DNA of 64,000 bases from Candidatus Latescibacterota bacterium. GTDB taxonomy: Bacteria > Latescibacterota > UBA2968 > SICM01. Position 1 is the stretch's first letter; each line of letters begins with the position of its first letter. Made by a program: the position numbers and the translations under genes. Where the stretch lies: contig CBDCJO010000002.1 of the NCBI GenBank assembly GCA_965217865.1, positions 2,560,001 to 2,624,000 of the forward strand, in the 5' to 3' direction. The notes below the pieces were generated by a model. That model worked only from the letters and a program-made list of their open reading frames with translations. It made no database searches and had not been told where the DNA came from. Of the stretch, positions 53,218 to 64,000 are shown piece by piece.

Positions 53218-53558
53218 TTAGGGCCCACCTATTCCAATATGGTTTTGATCCAAGTCATAAATTACAAAATCAGTAAGCTCATACTCATCTCGAAATGCGA
53301 TATTATCTTCGAAATCAAGCCCTTTCTCGGATAGCTCTTCATATATCCTTCTGACGTCATCCACCCAAATGTAGCAATTGCCGGTACCGGCCGGCCGCTT
53401 TGCTGACTCTCGCTGCAGCCCAATTTTAACTCTGTCTCTCTTGATTAAAGCAAACACAGGAGTGTTTTCGAAAATCACTGTGAAGCCCAGCTTTTTTTAT
53501 AGAACTCGATGGCCTTTTTTACATCAACAACTGGAATTGTGGGTGCAATCTCCTTCAT
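53218..53558 (-). CDS. VOC family protein, frameshift in an A7 run at about 53495
   Basis: MKEIAPTIPVVDVKKAIEFYK|KLGFTVIFEN...DFVIYDLDQNHIGI. Confidence 0.8.
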
Positions 53559-53739
53559 CTCATCTCCAATATCCTAACTAATAATTAGACAGCCAAAAGA
53601 ATACCGCAAAAGCTGCAATCTTGACAAGCTTATCTGTTAAGGTAGTTTACTGTCAACTTACTATTATCAGTTGGTCAATCAAGAATCACATTCGGAATTA
53701 GACGGCGCAGACGCGCCATCTAATCTATGCTGGGATAGG

Positions 53740-55886
53740 CTACGGAGTCAACGGAGCCGCCAAACGCTTGTCCATGATCGCTACCACCTCGGTAGCGTTG
53801 AAATCGGCCTTCAGCTTATCTCTTAGTGAGTTGTCCAGGCTGGTTACGTTGACGTACAGCCGCTGGAGGTTGCCGTCGATCCGCTCGGAAGCGACTCCGT
53901 GTATTTTTCGGAGTTGATGTGGGAAGGTACGTTCAGCAGGAATGCAGATCATGAACGCAACCGGCTGATAACCGTTTTTCATGTAGAAGTGATCAACATA
54001 TCCGCCTGCCGAACCTAGAGTGACGGTGTGGCCCCCTCTTCGACGGACTTGGCTTTCAAAGAAGTGGAGCAAGTGGCTGCCAAACCCCTTTCCAGCAAAT
54101 TCCTCTGCAACGGCTATCCCCTGAAGGCAAATCGTGCCGTGCTCGCACCGTTCCTTGTGTGCCGGCCATCCATAACAGATTGCAATGACCTTTCCTTGCC
54201 TGCGACACGCAACGAACAGATCGGGATACTCCCTACGCATGGCATCCCAGGTGCCATTTGGGGATTCGTCAAGGTATCGGGCCTTGAGCGTGCGGGCTTC
54301 TTCGATCTCTGAATTACTGAGACAGTCGAGGTCTAGCAGCCTGTTGAAAAAGTGCGTTTATGCCAAGATGACTGTTGTCTTTCCTTGTGGTTTGGTCCTA
54401 TGATATATCAGGTTCAAACTGAGAAGGGAGGACGAGCAAATGGCAATGGGAAAACGAGGCCGACAGAGACAGGAAAACCTGTTCATCGCATCGAACACTT
54501 TGGTGAAATCTCCGGGTCATCCGTTCTACGAGAAGCTGAATCAGGTATTGGGGGCGAACGGCTTCGACGAGTTCGTCGAGGGGCTTTGCCAGCGGTATTA
54601 CGCTCCTCATATGGGTCGCAAGGGCATTCCGCCGGGGTTTATTTTCGGATGCTTTTGATTGGGTATTTCGAGGGACTTGATTCGGAACGTGGGATCGAAT
54701 GGCGTGTATCTGACTCGCTGACGTTGCGCCGGTTTTTGGGGTATGCCCTTGACGAACAGACCCCGGATCATTCCAGCCTGTCTCGCATCCGGCATCGGCT
54801 TCCCTTGGAAGTTCACGAAGCGGTTTTCAAGTGGATCCTGAGGGTCTTGTGCAAAGCGGGTCTGGTGAAGGGGAAGACGTTGGGCGTGGATGCTACGACA
54901 CTGGAGGCCAACGCCGCGATGCGCAGCATTGTACGCCGTGACACGGGTGAAGGCTACCAGGCATTCCTTGAGAATCTGGCCAAGGCCTCGGGCATTGAAA
55001 CGCCTACCCGCGAGGACTTGTCCAAGATCGATAAGAAGCGACCGAAGAAGGGATCGAACCAGGACTGGGAGCACCCGCACGACCCGGATGCCAAGATCAC
55101 TAAGATGAAGGACGGTCGCACGCACATGGCGCACAAGGTGGAGCACGCGGTGGATCTGGACACCAATGCCATTGTGGCAGTGGCGTTGTCGGGAGCAGAT
55201 GAAGGAGATACCGAGTCGTTGTCCTGGACGCTGCTCGAGGCGCAGCTCAATCTCAAGCAGGTCGCGAAGGACGAAAAAGCTGCTAAGCGTTTGCACAGAC
55301 AGCGTATACGGGAGGTGGTTGCGGACAAAGGATATCATAGCAACGATGTATTGACCAGTCTGAAGCAAGGCGGCATCCGGAGTTACATTTCAGAACCGGA
55401 TCGGGGACGCCGCAAGTGGAACGGCCGACGAGATGAGCAGGCCGCGGTATATGCGAATCGACGCCGGATCAAGGGAGATCGCGGCAAGGCCTTGCGCCGA
55501 AGTCGTGCAGAACGGGTGGAAAGAACCATCGCTCACACATATGATACCGGTGGCATGCGCAGGTTGCACTTGAGAGACCGCGGCAATATCCTCAAGCGTT
55601 TGCTGATCCACATCGGGGGCTGCAACCTGGCTCTGCTCATGCGCAAAGTGATGGGCGTAGGTACTCCGAAGGCCCTCCAGGACCTGGCCAAGGCCTTGCA
55701 GCGTCTACTGCTCGTCCTACAATCACGTTTGCTGCCCTCGGTCACCTTTTTAACCTCTTATCAGCGTCTCCTGCTCAATCTCCTTACCTTGATTTATCTG
55801 ACCCGCACTCCAGGCGTCTTTTCCGTTTATGTGCGTTGAAAGGTAGTTCTTCAACGGGCTGATAGGGATTCGCCTTCGGTGCTCAT
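53740..55886 (-). pseudogene. GNAT acetyltransferase interrupted after codon 8 by IS copy 5
   Basis: Excision gives MSTEGESLDLDCLSNSEIEE...; IAV.EEFAGKGFGS.LL, FYMKNGY. Confidence 0.85.
54336..55862 (+). mobile_element. IS copy 5 (1527 bp; same 1-nt frameshift as copy 2 plus a few substitutions)
   Basis: Same IRs; TA at 54334 and 55863. Confidence 0.95.
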
Positions 55887-56007
55887 CTCGTATACTCCGT
55901 CTTCTGCATTGAATAGCTCGTGGCCCAGGGAGGGATCTGCTCTCCGAACTGCAGTGGCAGATAACGTTCAAGGCCGAGCGTGCGGGAGGATGTGGCCACC
56001 GCTAAGG

Positions 56008-56616
56008 TCATTTATTGATCTGCCGAAGCTTCTCCCGAACTGCTGCGGTAATTGCCTGGCAGCCAGCAGGACTTATCAGTCTCTTTGCCGAGTCAACACG
56101 TGATTGAAAATCGTCAAGTTCCTCACGTGTAAAGTCAAGCCGCGGAAGAAATTCCACATAGTTCGCGATTTCCATTTCGATAAGGTCACGAATGATCTCG
56201 GGTGTAACCTCAACCTGTTCGTCGTGGATCTGATCGTGCAGGGTTGGGCTGGGCTCACCCAGCTTCTCAAAGAACGTTCTGCGTTTAGTGACGCAGAATA
56301 AGAATGCCAACTGTTCAGCCTCTTTTCCTATAACACGGCGGATAACTTCGCGATCTTCAAAGGAAGCGGACTGAGTTTTGTATGACTGTGTGCCGTAAAT
56401 GCTATGAAACAAACCGGCCAGACAGACGTGCTCCGGGTTTCCCCAGGACTTGAGGAACTCATAGCTCCCACGCAGATGGTCAATCAGAGCCCCTCCACTG
56501 TGGGGATTCGAGTCGGTGTTTAACTCCTCCAGCAGATCCTGGTACTTTCGATCAATCACGGGGCTCCTCAGGGTACTGAGGGAGATAGGAATGGCCGCCC
56601 CTCTTCGTGTTTGCAA
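56008..56616 (-). CDS. DUF6817-like HD-related protein
   Basis: HSG..LIDHL.G....L.SWG....VCLAGLFHSIYGT; the true start is probably downstream. Confidence 0.75.
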   Translation of the reverse strand: MQTRRGAAIPISLSTLRSPVIDRKYQDLLEELNTDSNPHSGGALIDHLRGSYEFLKSWGNPEHVCLAGLFHSIYGTQSYKTQSASFEDREVIRRVIGKEAEQLAFLFCVTKRRTFFEKLGEPSPTLHDQIHDEQVEVTPEIIRDLIEMEIANYVEFLPRLDFTREELDDFQSRVDSAKRLISPAGCQAITAAVREKLRQINK

Positions 56617-56736
56617 GTATCATTGAGAGAAAAAATCTGAACCTTTTGAACATTGAAGTGTATGACTGTAATGACAAAAGGATTGTGACTGGCTCAAATA
56701 CATTCAAAGGTAACACAATAAATAAGGAGCCTCGAG

Positions 56737-57885
56737 ATGAAAACGTCCAGCCTGTCTCTTGCTATCCTGATTTTCGCTTTGTATATGCCGCTAACCGCTG
56801 AGGCAGAACCAGGAAAGCCTGAAAGAGTCTTTAGACTGACTAGAGTAAGTCAGCCTAAGGAATGGTACATCGAGCAGGCGGAACTGTGGAACAAAGAGAT
56901 AGATAAAAATCCCAAGAATGCTGAAGCCTGGTATAATTACTACTTTGCAACCCGTTATTCAGTCGACTTCAACAGAACTAAATTGAATCAGATTATTTTG
57001 GATATGGAAAAGTCAATTCCTGACACCTACGAGTATCTGTATACGAAATACATAAACGATGAGCCGGAACCTAAGGACATTACTCTACTTCAAAGAGCTC
57101 ACAGACTTCGTCCCAACCGGTCCGAACATTACGTGAACTTTGCCCATTTCTATGAACTGAATGGAGAACATGAAAAAGCGCGCTCATACCTGGAAAAGCT
57201 CTACCAGAGTGGGTACATAGCCTCCAGTTGGGTCAATTTCAATTACAACGCTTTAATGTCTACTGAAGACAATGCTATTCTATTTACTAACGGCGATTAC
57301 GACACTTATCCCGCCTGGATGCTCCAGCAAGCGAAGGGGATCCGATCTGATGTGACAGTCTTAAATATATATTTATCCAGACTGGAAGCTTATCTGATGC
57401 GGGTGCTAGAAGAGAAGAATATCAAAATCAATCCTGAAGATCTGCCTAAGAGTGATGAAGAAGACTGGTTACCTGAACTCTGTAAGGCACTTTATCAAAA
57501 TAATCCAGGCATTCCGATTTATTTTGCCGTTACCGTGCCACGAAAACATATAAGTGCATTAGAAGACAATCTCTATCTTGTGGGCCTGGCTTATCAATAT
57601 AGCACTGAAAGGATAGATAACCTTGCTTTATTGGCAAAAAACGTGAAAAAACACTTTAGATTGGACTATCTACGATACGATTGGTACGGTGACACGGATG
57701 TCTCCAAAAAGTCGATTCACGAAGGGATAAATCTGAGTTACATAATCCCGTTTATGACTCTTTGTGGCCATTATAAAATCGGTGGAGAAAATGAAAAAGC
57801 GGATTTTTGGAAGAACTTCTCATTAGATCTTGCCCGAAAGGGAAACAGTAAAAGAATGATAAATTACATCAAGAATAGAGGGTAG
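56737..57885 (+). CDS. Secreted TPR protein with a DUF2723-like segment
   Basis: Signal peptide, NPKNAEAWYNY, AILFTNGDYDTYPAW; AAGGAG RBS. Confidence 0.7.
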   Translation: MKTSSLSLAILIFALYMPLTAEAEPGKPERVFRLTRVSQPKEWYIEQAELWNKEIDKNPKNAEAWYNYYFATRYSVDFNRTKLNQIILDMEKSIPDTYEYLYTKYINDEPEPKDITLLQRAHRLRPNRSEHYVNFAHFYELNGEHEKARSYLEKLYQSGYIASSWVNFNYNALMSTEDNAILFTNGDYDTYPAWMLQQAKGIRSDVTVLNIYLSRLEAYLMRVLEEKNIKINPEDLPKSDEEDWLPELCKALYQNNPGIPIYFAVTVPRKHISALEDNLYLVGLAYQYSTERIDNLALLAKNVKKHFRLDYLRYDWYGDTDVSKKSIHEGINLSYIIPFMTLCGHYKIGGENEKADFWKNFSLDLARKGNSKRMINYIKNRG

Positions 57886-57909
57886 CCCAGTCCAGCAAAG
57901 GTTCTTCCC

Positions 57910-58506
57910 GTGACCTTCCCTCCGAAAAACTATCAACAGTTCTCTGATGAAAAGCTAATGGAGTTGCTCAACCAGAGAGAAACGGCTGCTTTTGATGAAC
58001 TTTACAAACGCTACAGCACACGTCTGTTGCATTATTTTCACCGAATGTTGGGAGGCGACGAAGAAAAGGCCCAGGACTTCCTGCAGGATCTCTTTCTGAA
58101 GATCGTAGAAGGGTCAACCAGCTTTCACACGCGCAAGCGTTTTTGTAGTTGGGTTTTCACTGTCGCCCACAATATGTGCAAAAACGAATATCGACACTTA
58201 GCGGTGAGAAAATCAGCAGGTAATGAAGTGGAAAGGCATATGAACTCAAAGGGGATTGAGGCGGACTATCATTCCCTTGAAAGAGAATTTGATAACAGGG
58301 AGTTCAAGAAAGCCTTGCTGACTGAAGTCCAGAAACTTGAGAAAACTGAGCGAAGCACATTCCTGCTGCGCTATCAGGAAAGTCTATCCATCAAAGAGAT
58401 CAGTGAGATATTGGAATGTTCAGAAGGCACAGTGAAGTCTCGCCTTTTTTATACTATCAAAAAATTAGCTGGGAAGCTGAAAGCATTGGATCCACGACAA
58501 GCTTGA
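57910..58506 (+). CDS. ECF sigma factor
   Basis: AQDFLQDLFLKI...F.SWVFTVAHN; SIKEISEIL..SEGTVKSRL. Confidence 0.92.
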   Translation: MTFPPKNYQQFSDEKLMELLNQRETAAFDELYKRYSTRLLHYFHRMLGGDEEKAQDFLQDLFLKIVEGSTSFHTRKRFCSWVFTVAHNMCKNEYRHLAVRKSAGNEVERHMNSKGIEADYHSLEREFDNREFKKALLTEVQKLEKTERSTFLLRYQESLSIKEISEILECSEGTVKSRLFYTIKKLAGKLKALDPRQA

Positions 58507-58519
58507 AAGGTTGTAAAAA

Positions 58520-59086
58520 ATGGAAAACTCAATGAGTGAAAATTGTGCAAAGATTGAGGACCTGTTGGTAAGAAAAAGCTTGGGCCAAATCAAGAACCGT
58601 GAAGACTCGTTGTTGACAGAACATCTACAAGTGTGCGAACGGTGCCGCGCTTATTGGGATATTTTGATGGGAATTCCAACTTCAATGGATGCTTCAACTG
58701 AAACCAGTTTAATTCCCGACCCTCGTACCTACCAGCACGTGAAGAATGAAATGGGACGCGCAAAGTCTGGTCAGGGTGAGATTCTTAGGGATGTATGGCA
58801 GCATATGTTTAGGGTCTTCAAACTTAGGATCCCGCTGTATCAGGCTATGTTGGGCATAGCCGTAATTCTCATTATGTCTCTTGCTCTAGAAAAAATGAGG
58901 TTTTCCAACCTGGAACTATCTGGACGTGCTCAGACAAGGGAATCGGCGATCATTGAACGTGAAGTCCTCAATCACCTCGAGATGATTGATAGGCAAAACA
59001 TCGGAGGGACTGTCTCAGAGGGTAATCTTTTAGTACACCATACGGTTGGGGTGCGGGATGCGTTTTTTACTCTGGGAGCTCCATAA
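58520..59086 (+). CDS. Zinc-finger (HxxxCxxC) membrane anti-sigma factor
   Basis: HLQVCERC plus one TM helix, directly after the ECF sigma. Confidence 0.85.
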   Translation: MENSMSENCAKIEDLLVRKSLGQIKNREDSLLTEHLQVCERCRAYWDILMGIPTSMDASTETSLIPDPRTYQHVKNEMGRAKSGQGEILRDVWQHMFRVFKLRIPLYQAMLGIAVILIMSLALEKMRFSNLELSGRAQTRESAIIEREVLNHLEMIDRQNIGGTVSEGNLLVHHTVGVRDAFFTLGAP

Positions 59087-59109
59087 CCCCCAGACCACTC
59101 AGTTTCATA

Positions 59110-59715
59110 TTAGGCCTCCAATTCCGCGAGTTTTGTCAACGCCTGTTGCCATTGATCGTATTTCTCAGGTATGTCCTCCAAGGAGGTCCGTCCCAGAGTG
59201 AAGCCGTCTAACCAATCCAACATTTCATCGTGCCGGTTGACCGCAGCGGAGCAATCGGCAACCACAGATACGAGAAAGCCGTTTTGGGCCGCTGATGCGG
59301 TCGTCAAAGAGACACATATGGTCGTAACCAGCCCGGCTGTCAGGACAAATCGCTTCTTCTTTCTGTGGAGATACTCCGCGAGCTCTGGATTGTGAAAGCC
59401 GTCAAAGGTATGTTTTACAATTACGGTTTCGCCGGCCTGCTCGCGTGCAAAAGGCAAAGGTTTGACGCCCGGTGTTCCTTGAATACAAGGTATAGCTCCG
59501 CTCAATTTGAACTTCACCATCCAGTCGGACATATCGGGATTAAACATCGATCGGATATGGACTATTTCAATACCTTCGGATCTGCACAAATTTAAAAGGC
59601 CGGATATTTTGTCTGGAAAATTGGGAAAGCGTTCTCGCAAGCCGGATTTGAAGAAAGATTCCTGACAATCGATAAGAAGTAAAGCAAATGGATTCCAATC
59701 CCGTTTAGAACTCAT
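59110..59715 (-). CDS. Isochorismatase family cysteine hydrolase
   Basis: ALLLIDCQ, VKHTFDGF, GLVTTICV..TA.SA. Confidence 0.88.
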   Translation of the reverse strand: MSSKRDWNPFALLLIDCQESFFKSGLRERFPNFPDKISGLLNLCRSEGIEIVHIRSMFNPDMSDWMVKFKLSGAIPCIQGTPGVKPLPFAREQAGETVIVKHTFDGFHNPELAEYLHRKKKRFVLTAGLVTTICVSLTTASAAQNGFLVSVVADCSAAVNRHDEMLDWLDGFTLGRTSLEDIPEKYDQWQQALTKLAELEA

Positions 59716-59822
59716 TCAGTCCATCCTTTTGTATTGAACAGCAAAATTCGATTCTGGATATACAGAGTGGATTGCTAGTTCCGAAGGGCACACGCAACAG
59801 CACCCGGTAGTGGCTCCAACCC

Positions 59823-60014
59823 AATTGTGAACGCGCGTTCACAATTTCTTACCAGAAGTCAGGCCTGGATGATTTCTGTGCGTAATATACTGTAAATATG
59901 CAATTTAAATCGTATTATTTTCTGGGGTGTTCGGGGTTTTGATCGACGCCTAACACTGCCACTGCTAAAGCTTTTCCCCTGCCCCTAACCAATTCTGCAC
60001 GCGCGTGCAGAATT
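59823..60014. promoter_or_regulatory. Two related perfect 24-bp palindromes
   Basis: AATTGTGAACGCGCGTTCACAATT (59823-59846) and AATTCTGCACGCGCGTGCAGAATT (59991-60014). The sequences are certain; a regulatory role is inferred. Confidence 0.6.
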
Positions 60015-60079
60015 AACCTGTAATCTCACTGTATATGAAACGACTTAAATAATTGCGCATAAATGCCGGAAGCTTCACG

Positions 60080-60320
60080 CTGCTACTGCCCTTGCATTTC
60101 CCGACTTCTGACCTCCGACGCCTGATTCCAGCCTTTGCTTTCCTGCCACTGCTACTGCATTTCCGTCTCACGTCTCACGATTTTTCTCTTTCCCTGACCC
60201 CTGACCCCTGACCTCTGGCCTCTGCCTTTGACTTTCCTGCTACTGCTACTGCCTTCCTCGACTTCTGGCCTCTCGCTATTTAGGCCTTCTTCTGTCTCCT
60301 GTCTTCTGTATCCTGTATTC
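60080..60320. repeat. Degenerate 6-7-mer pyrimidine-rich tandem repeats
   Basis: CTGACCC CTGACCC CTGACCT CTGGCCT; CTGTCTC CTGTCTT CTGTATC CTGTATT; repeated CTGCTA. Confidence 0.7.
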
Positions 60321-60475
60321 CGGTTGGGATGAGGGGGGGAGGATATAGTGCGCAAATATTTATGACGTAAATTAACGCTGCTACCGTTTCTTTCAGCTCG
60401 CGAAGAGCAGTTTCTTCGCGTTTCTCCTAGAATCATGGTTCTTGCTCTGCCATTTCTTTCTGTAAGACATGAAAA

Positions 60476-61135
60476 TTAAATGGGCAGCAACGTCATCGAG
60501 CGATCGTGGATCCGAGAGAAAATAGGTAGCACTACCATAGCGCCGACGAGAGCCAGGAACATATCCCACTGGGCATCCCAGACGTCGCCCTGTGAGCCGA
60601 GAAACGCCTGGCCTACATCAGATGCCGCTAGCAGCGTTACCCACCACTCAAGCAGTTCCCAGAATGCCGCGATGGCCATGACGATGCTAATGATGATGAA
60701 GTATAACCAACCGCCCCGCTGCAATGGCGTCTGGCGCAAGAGCACCTCGCGAATGATAAATGCCGGAAATATGCCCAGGGCGACATGTCCAACGCGATCG
60801 TAGTGGTTTCGACTGAGATCGAAGGCATCTCTTACCCAATTGCCCAGGGGCGTTTCAGCATACGTGTAGTACCCGCCGTAGATCAGAATGAGCATATGAA
60901 GGAATGCACACCAGTAGGCCATGTGAGACATGGGGAATTGGCGGTAAAGCGCGACCAGTGCGGCGATACCAGCAAGTCCCGGTCCAACCTCCAAAAGCCA
61001 GTTGAGCCGCCCTGCCGGTGGGTCATATGCAGTACCCAGGCAGGCCAGGAACACTATGCCGAGAAGCACCATAGGTATCCGAAAATATCCTGCGGTTCCA
61101 CATGTCGCCTTGTGAATCTCACTATTTTCACTCAT
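60476..61135 (-). CDS. DUF2238 (YjdF-like) membrane protein
   Basis: YTYAETPLG, RNHYDRVGH, FLGSQGDVWDAQWDM. Confidence 0.9.
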   Translation of the reverse strand: MSENSEIHKATCGTAGYFRIPMVLLGIVFLACLGTAYDPPAGRLNWLLEVGPGLAGIAALVALYRQFPMSHMAYWCAFLHMLILIYGGYYTYAETPLGNWVRDAFDLSRNHYDRVGHVALGIFPAFIIREVLLRQTPLQRGGWLYFIIISIVMAIAAFWELLEWWVTLLAASDVGQAFLGSQGDVWDAQWDMFLALVGAMVVLPIFSRIHDRSMTLLPI

Positions 61136-61533
61136 ATCTCCATCCTGAGAGGACGATTTAGATGCCCATCGCGACTCTTCTGAAGATTCAAGATCATGGT
61201 AGGGTAGCCTCTTCCAGGGTACTACGGTCCCAAGGTTCTGGCCAAGTAATCCTGGATAAAAATCCTGATTATGTGCTGGCTATGCTAATGCCTGGATAGA
61301 CAGGAAGGATTCTACTCGGCTTGAAGAAATTGCTGAAAGTTTAAAGCCTCGAGAAGGCTTGGAATCATAATGATATAATTAGCGCGGAAGCCCTATTTGT
61401 GTCGGAGGTCTGCGATGGAAGATATACTCCGAACCTGAGTTTCGACCCTTATCGTCGTCTCCGAAAGCCCCTCCGATGGCCACATCCCCGCTGACCGACA
61501 CGGCCTTCCGGAATTCCCTTCGCGTGGGTTTGC

Positions 61534-64000
61534 TCATCTGGTTTTCCTCCACTGGAAACGATAAGATCCGGAACCCGTCTCAAAAGTTACGTAATCATCG
61601 GTTTCAGCCGCCGCAAAAATCCCTTCGACTCCCTCGAGTAGTTTACCCTTTTCCCATATCAGAATATTGTTCTCGGTAATCGTAACATGTTTGAATCCTA
61701 TTTTGGGTACGCAGATCTTTGCCGTACTGTTGACAGGAGTACTTGCTTCCAGGGTAAACTCATCTTCCTGGTAATGCCATTGGGAAAAGATGGTTCCTCG
61801 TACGGTCTTATGCCAGGCTTTCGCGTATTTCAGTCCTTGGGGGACGAAAGGCTGAATGATAATTTGTTTAAATCCCGGCGTAACGGGATCAGGGCTAAAG
61901 TATGCCGGCCCTTGAATTCCCGCCAGGTCGTTGTAAAAGAAATGATCGATGGTGGTAAACATAGCCATGCTCAACCGATCGTCGTTGGTCGAATGGGCAC
62001 CCCAGGATTCCCAGATCGTCGTCGCCCCCTGATCGACCATGTACCCCCAGCCGGGATAATCCAACCGACTGACCAGGTTATACATTACCTCGCCGTATCC
62101 GTATTTGTTTAAGGCCTCCATCAGCGCGGTTGTCCCGATGATGCCGGTGTGATGATGTCCGTTATACTTGGTGACGATGTTATCAACGATGTTGTTCGCT
62201 ACCTCTTTTTCTTTTGTGTCAGGCGTCATGCCAAAAGTCAACGGTAAGAGGTTACAGGTTTGCGCTCCTGTGGCATATTGATTCGTTGACGGATGGAACC
62301 ACATTTCGTGAAACGCCTGGTTGATATTCTGGGCCAACTCCAAATATTTAGCTGCTTCCTCGTCATACCCCAGAAGTTTCGCAACCTGGGATACGAGCCG
62401 GGCGTTGTTATAATAGAATGCCGTTTTGATGAAAGGGAAAGGCGTTTCCGGTGACATCCATTCTTCTTTACCCGGTGCCGGCCCCGGCAGCATGTGGTCG
62501 CCATAATAGCCGTATTTCAAAATAAATCCGTCGGCTTTTTCGATCAGATTCTCCAGCCATTGTTTCATGCTGGGATAATGCTCCTCGAGGATACGCTTAT
62601 CCTCGTAATATTGATACACGTACCATACCGCTATGGGGTAGTTGCCGGCCCAGGCGGGATCGCCCGTATGCCGGTTTTTAGGGGGATAATTGGGAATAAT
62701 ATCCGGGATTATACCGTCGGCATGCTGGGCATATTTCGCATCGTCGAGATACTTTTGCCAGAACAAAGGCATATAAATCCGGGGATACAGGGTTCCCGGC
62801 GTGCTGCCCGGCTCGAGCCACCCCCAATGTTCCGTGTTAATACAATCCATTTGAATGCCGTACAGCTCATTCTTAATGGTTTGACGAACATTCGCATGGA
62901 TCCGATTCAACAGGTCATTCGAGCAGTCGAATCCTCCCGTCATATCGACGGCGTTATAAGCCATTCTGCCGATGACATCCTGTTGCGTTAGGTTGCCAGG
63001 ATAATTGTCGATTTGCACGTAACGAACGGGATGGAACGTAAATCGCGGTTCATACGCTTCACCTTTCGGATCCCCTTTCAGGATATAAATATCCCTTGAC
63101 CTCCCGCCGGGAATCTCTTTCAGGAACCCATCTTCCCGAAGCAGCGGCGCATATTTGATGGTAATTTCCCTGCCCGCTTCGCCTTGAAATTGAAATTTAG
63201 CCCAACCCGCGTAAAGCGTGCCAAAATCATAAAGGTGCGTTCCCGGCGCGGGTTGGTGAACTGATACCGGTGTCAGATTGTCATTCACCTTGATCGGCGG
63301 CAATAACTGCGACATCATGATCCCACCTGGACTTTTCTGGATTGATGCCTGAGTCCAGGGGGAATCATCATAGCCGGCGCGTGCCCATCCCGGTTTTTCC
63401 TTACGGGCATCATAGACTTCGCCGCTAATTATGCTGTTATGGGCAATAGGGCTTTCCGATGTTTTCCAGCTTTCGTCGCTTTTCACAATTAAGGTTGCGC
63501 CGTCCGTAAATCGGATATGCATCTGCAACAGAAGCCGGGGAGAGGGACAATAGGCCGGGCAGAACCAGCCGTTGCCCAGCATGACGCCTACGGCATTGGC
63601 GCCTTGTTGTAGCCTGTCCGTGACATCATGGCTAACGTAGAATATCCGTTTGCCGTAATCCGTCGTCGCCGGATCGAGCGCCCGGTCGCTCACTTTCTGA
63701 CCATTGATATATAACTCGCACCAACCCAAGCCGGAAATGTAAATTCGGGCTTGTGCGATCGGCTTGTCGATAGAAAACTCTTTTCGCAGCAAAGGAGAAA
63801 ACCGTGCTGAAGCGTGTCCCGTTCGAGCATGATTTTCATGACCGGAACTATCGCGAAGATCCCCCTCGAATTCCCACCAGCCCGCCAGAGCTTTATCCGG
63901 CACGGAACCGAGTTTATACATATTTGTGATTTCATCGTTGGAAAGAGCTCTGCGATAAATCCGGACATCGTCGATGGCGCCGTCAAACAATTCCTCTCTG
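61534..64000 (-). CDS. GH78 alpha-L-rhamnosidase-like protein with a LamG-like segment, 5' end outside the window
   Basis: FDGAIDDVRIY.RALS, ISGLG..ELYING, GEVYDAR, PRFTFH..RYV, GATTIWESW. Confidence 0.88.
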   Translation of the reverse strand, partial: REELFDGAIDDVRIYRRALSNDEITNMYKLGSVPDKALAGWWEFEGDLRDSSGHENHARTGHASARFSPLLRKEFSIDKPIAQARIYISGLGWCELYINGQKVSDRALDPATTDYGKRIFYVSHDVTDRLQQGANAVGVMLGNGWFCPAYCPSPRLLLQMHIRFTDGATLIVKSDESWKTSESPIAHNSIISGEVYDARKEKPGWARAGYDDSPWTQASIQKSPGGIMMSQLLPPIKVNDNLTPVSVHQPAPGTHLYDFGTLYAGWAKFQFQGEAGREITIKYAPLLREDGFLKEIPGGRSRDIYILKGDPKGEAYEPRFTFHPVRYVQIDNYPGNLTQQDVIGRMAYNAVDMTGGFDCSNDLLNRIHANVRQTIKNELYGIQMDCINTEHWGWLEPGSTPGTLYPRIYMPLFWQKYLDDAKYAQHADGIIPDIIPNYPPKNRHTGDPAWAGNYPIAVWYVYQYYEDKRILEEHYPSMKQWLENLIEKADGFILKYGYYGDHMLPGPAPGKEEWMSPETPFPFIKTAFYYNNARLVSQVAKLLGYDEEAAKYLELAQNINQAFHEMWFHPSTNQYATGAQTCNLLPLTFGMTPDTKEKEVANNIVDNIVTKYNGHHHTGIIGTTALMEALNKYGYGEVMYNLVSRLDYPGWGYMVDQGATTIWESWGAHSTNDDRLSMAMFTTIDHFFYNDLAGIQGPAYFSPDPVTPGFKQIIIQPFVPQGLKYAKAWHKTVRGTIFSQWHYQEDEFTLEASTPVNSTAKICVPKIGFKHVTITENNILIWEKGKLLEGVEGIFAAAETDDYVTFETGSGSYRFQWRKTR

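Noticed and set aside
60152-60436. 94-aa ORF with RGQRSGVRGQG
   Set aside because: It is the translation of heptamer simple repeats.

Overview
Bacterial chromosomal window (GC about 55% by eye; a dockerin-like 'DFDxxGxVDxDD(L/F)FxFAxxFG' secreted protein hints at Latescibacterota or a related lineage, which is inference only). 1-11.3 kb holds mostly ordinary genes: a partial GH13 missing from the ORF track, NIPSNAP, a zinc metalloprotease, recG, DUF151, an LpoA-like protein and a GAF/HD-GYP gene. 11.4-35.1 kb is one minus-strand block. It starts with a giant Ser/Thr kinase-AAA-TPR-GAF-sigma54 activator, followed by what looks like an undescribed RiPP cluster, then a two-component pair and a glycosyltransferase/methyltransferase cassette. 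The RiPP cluster has two paralogous precursor peptides (one absent from the ORF track, one split across two frames) sharing an LVNGL(A/S)R leader and an ITLS-x-(W/Y)P(E/D)-x3-FP..NFS core. These are followed by an RRE-radical SAM/SPASM maturase, an RRE-fused GT9 glycosyltransferase, a second RRE-SPASM paralog lacking CxxxCxxC, and a GT4. The block is decaying (three IS insertions, two in-frame TGA codons, a 59-bp tandem duplication, deletions). After tRNA-fMet (35.4 kb) comes an accessory region of small catabolic genes, GH10/GH36/GH78, an ECF sigma fused to a FliG-C-like domain, a GIY-YIG nuclease inside palindromic repeats and a pair of covarying 24-bp palindromes. Five near-identical copies of an IS5/IS1182-like element (1528 bp full length) each interrupt a gene at a TA dinucleotide. 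All domain calls come from motif recognition by eye; no database searches were run.
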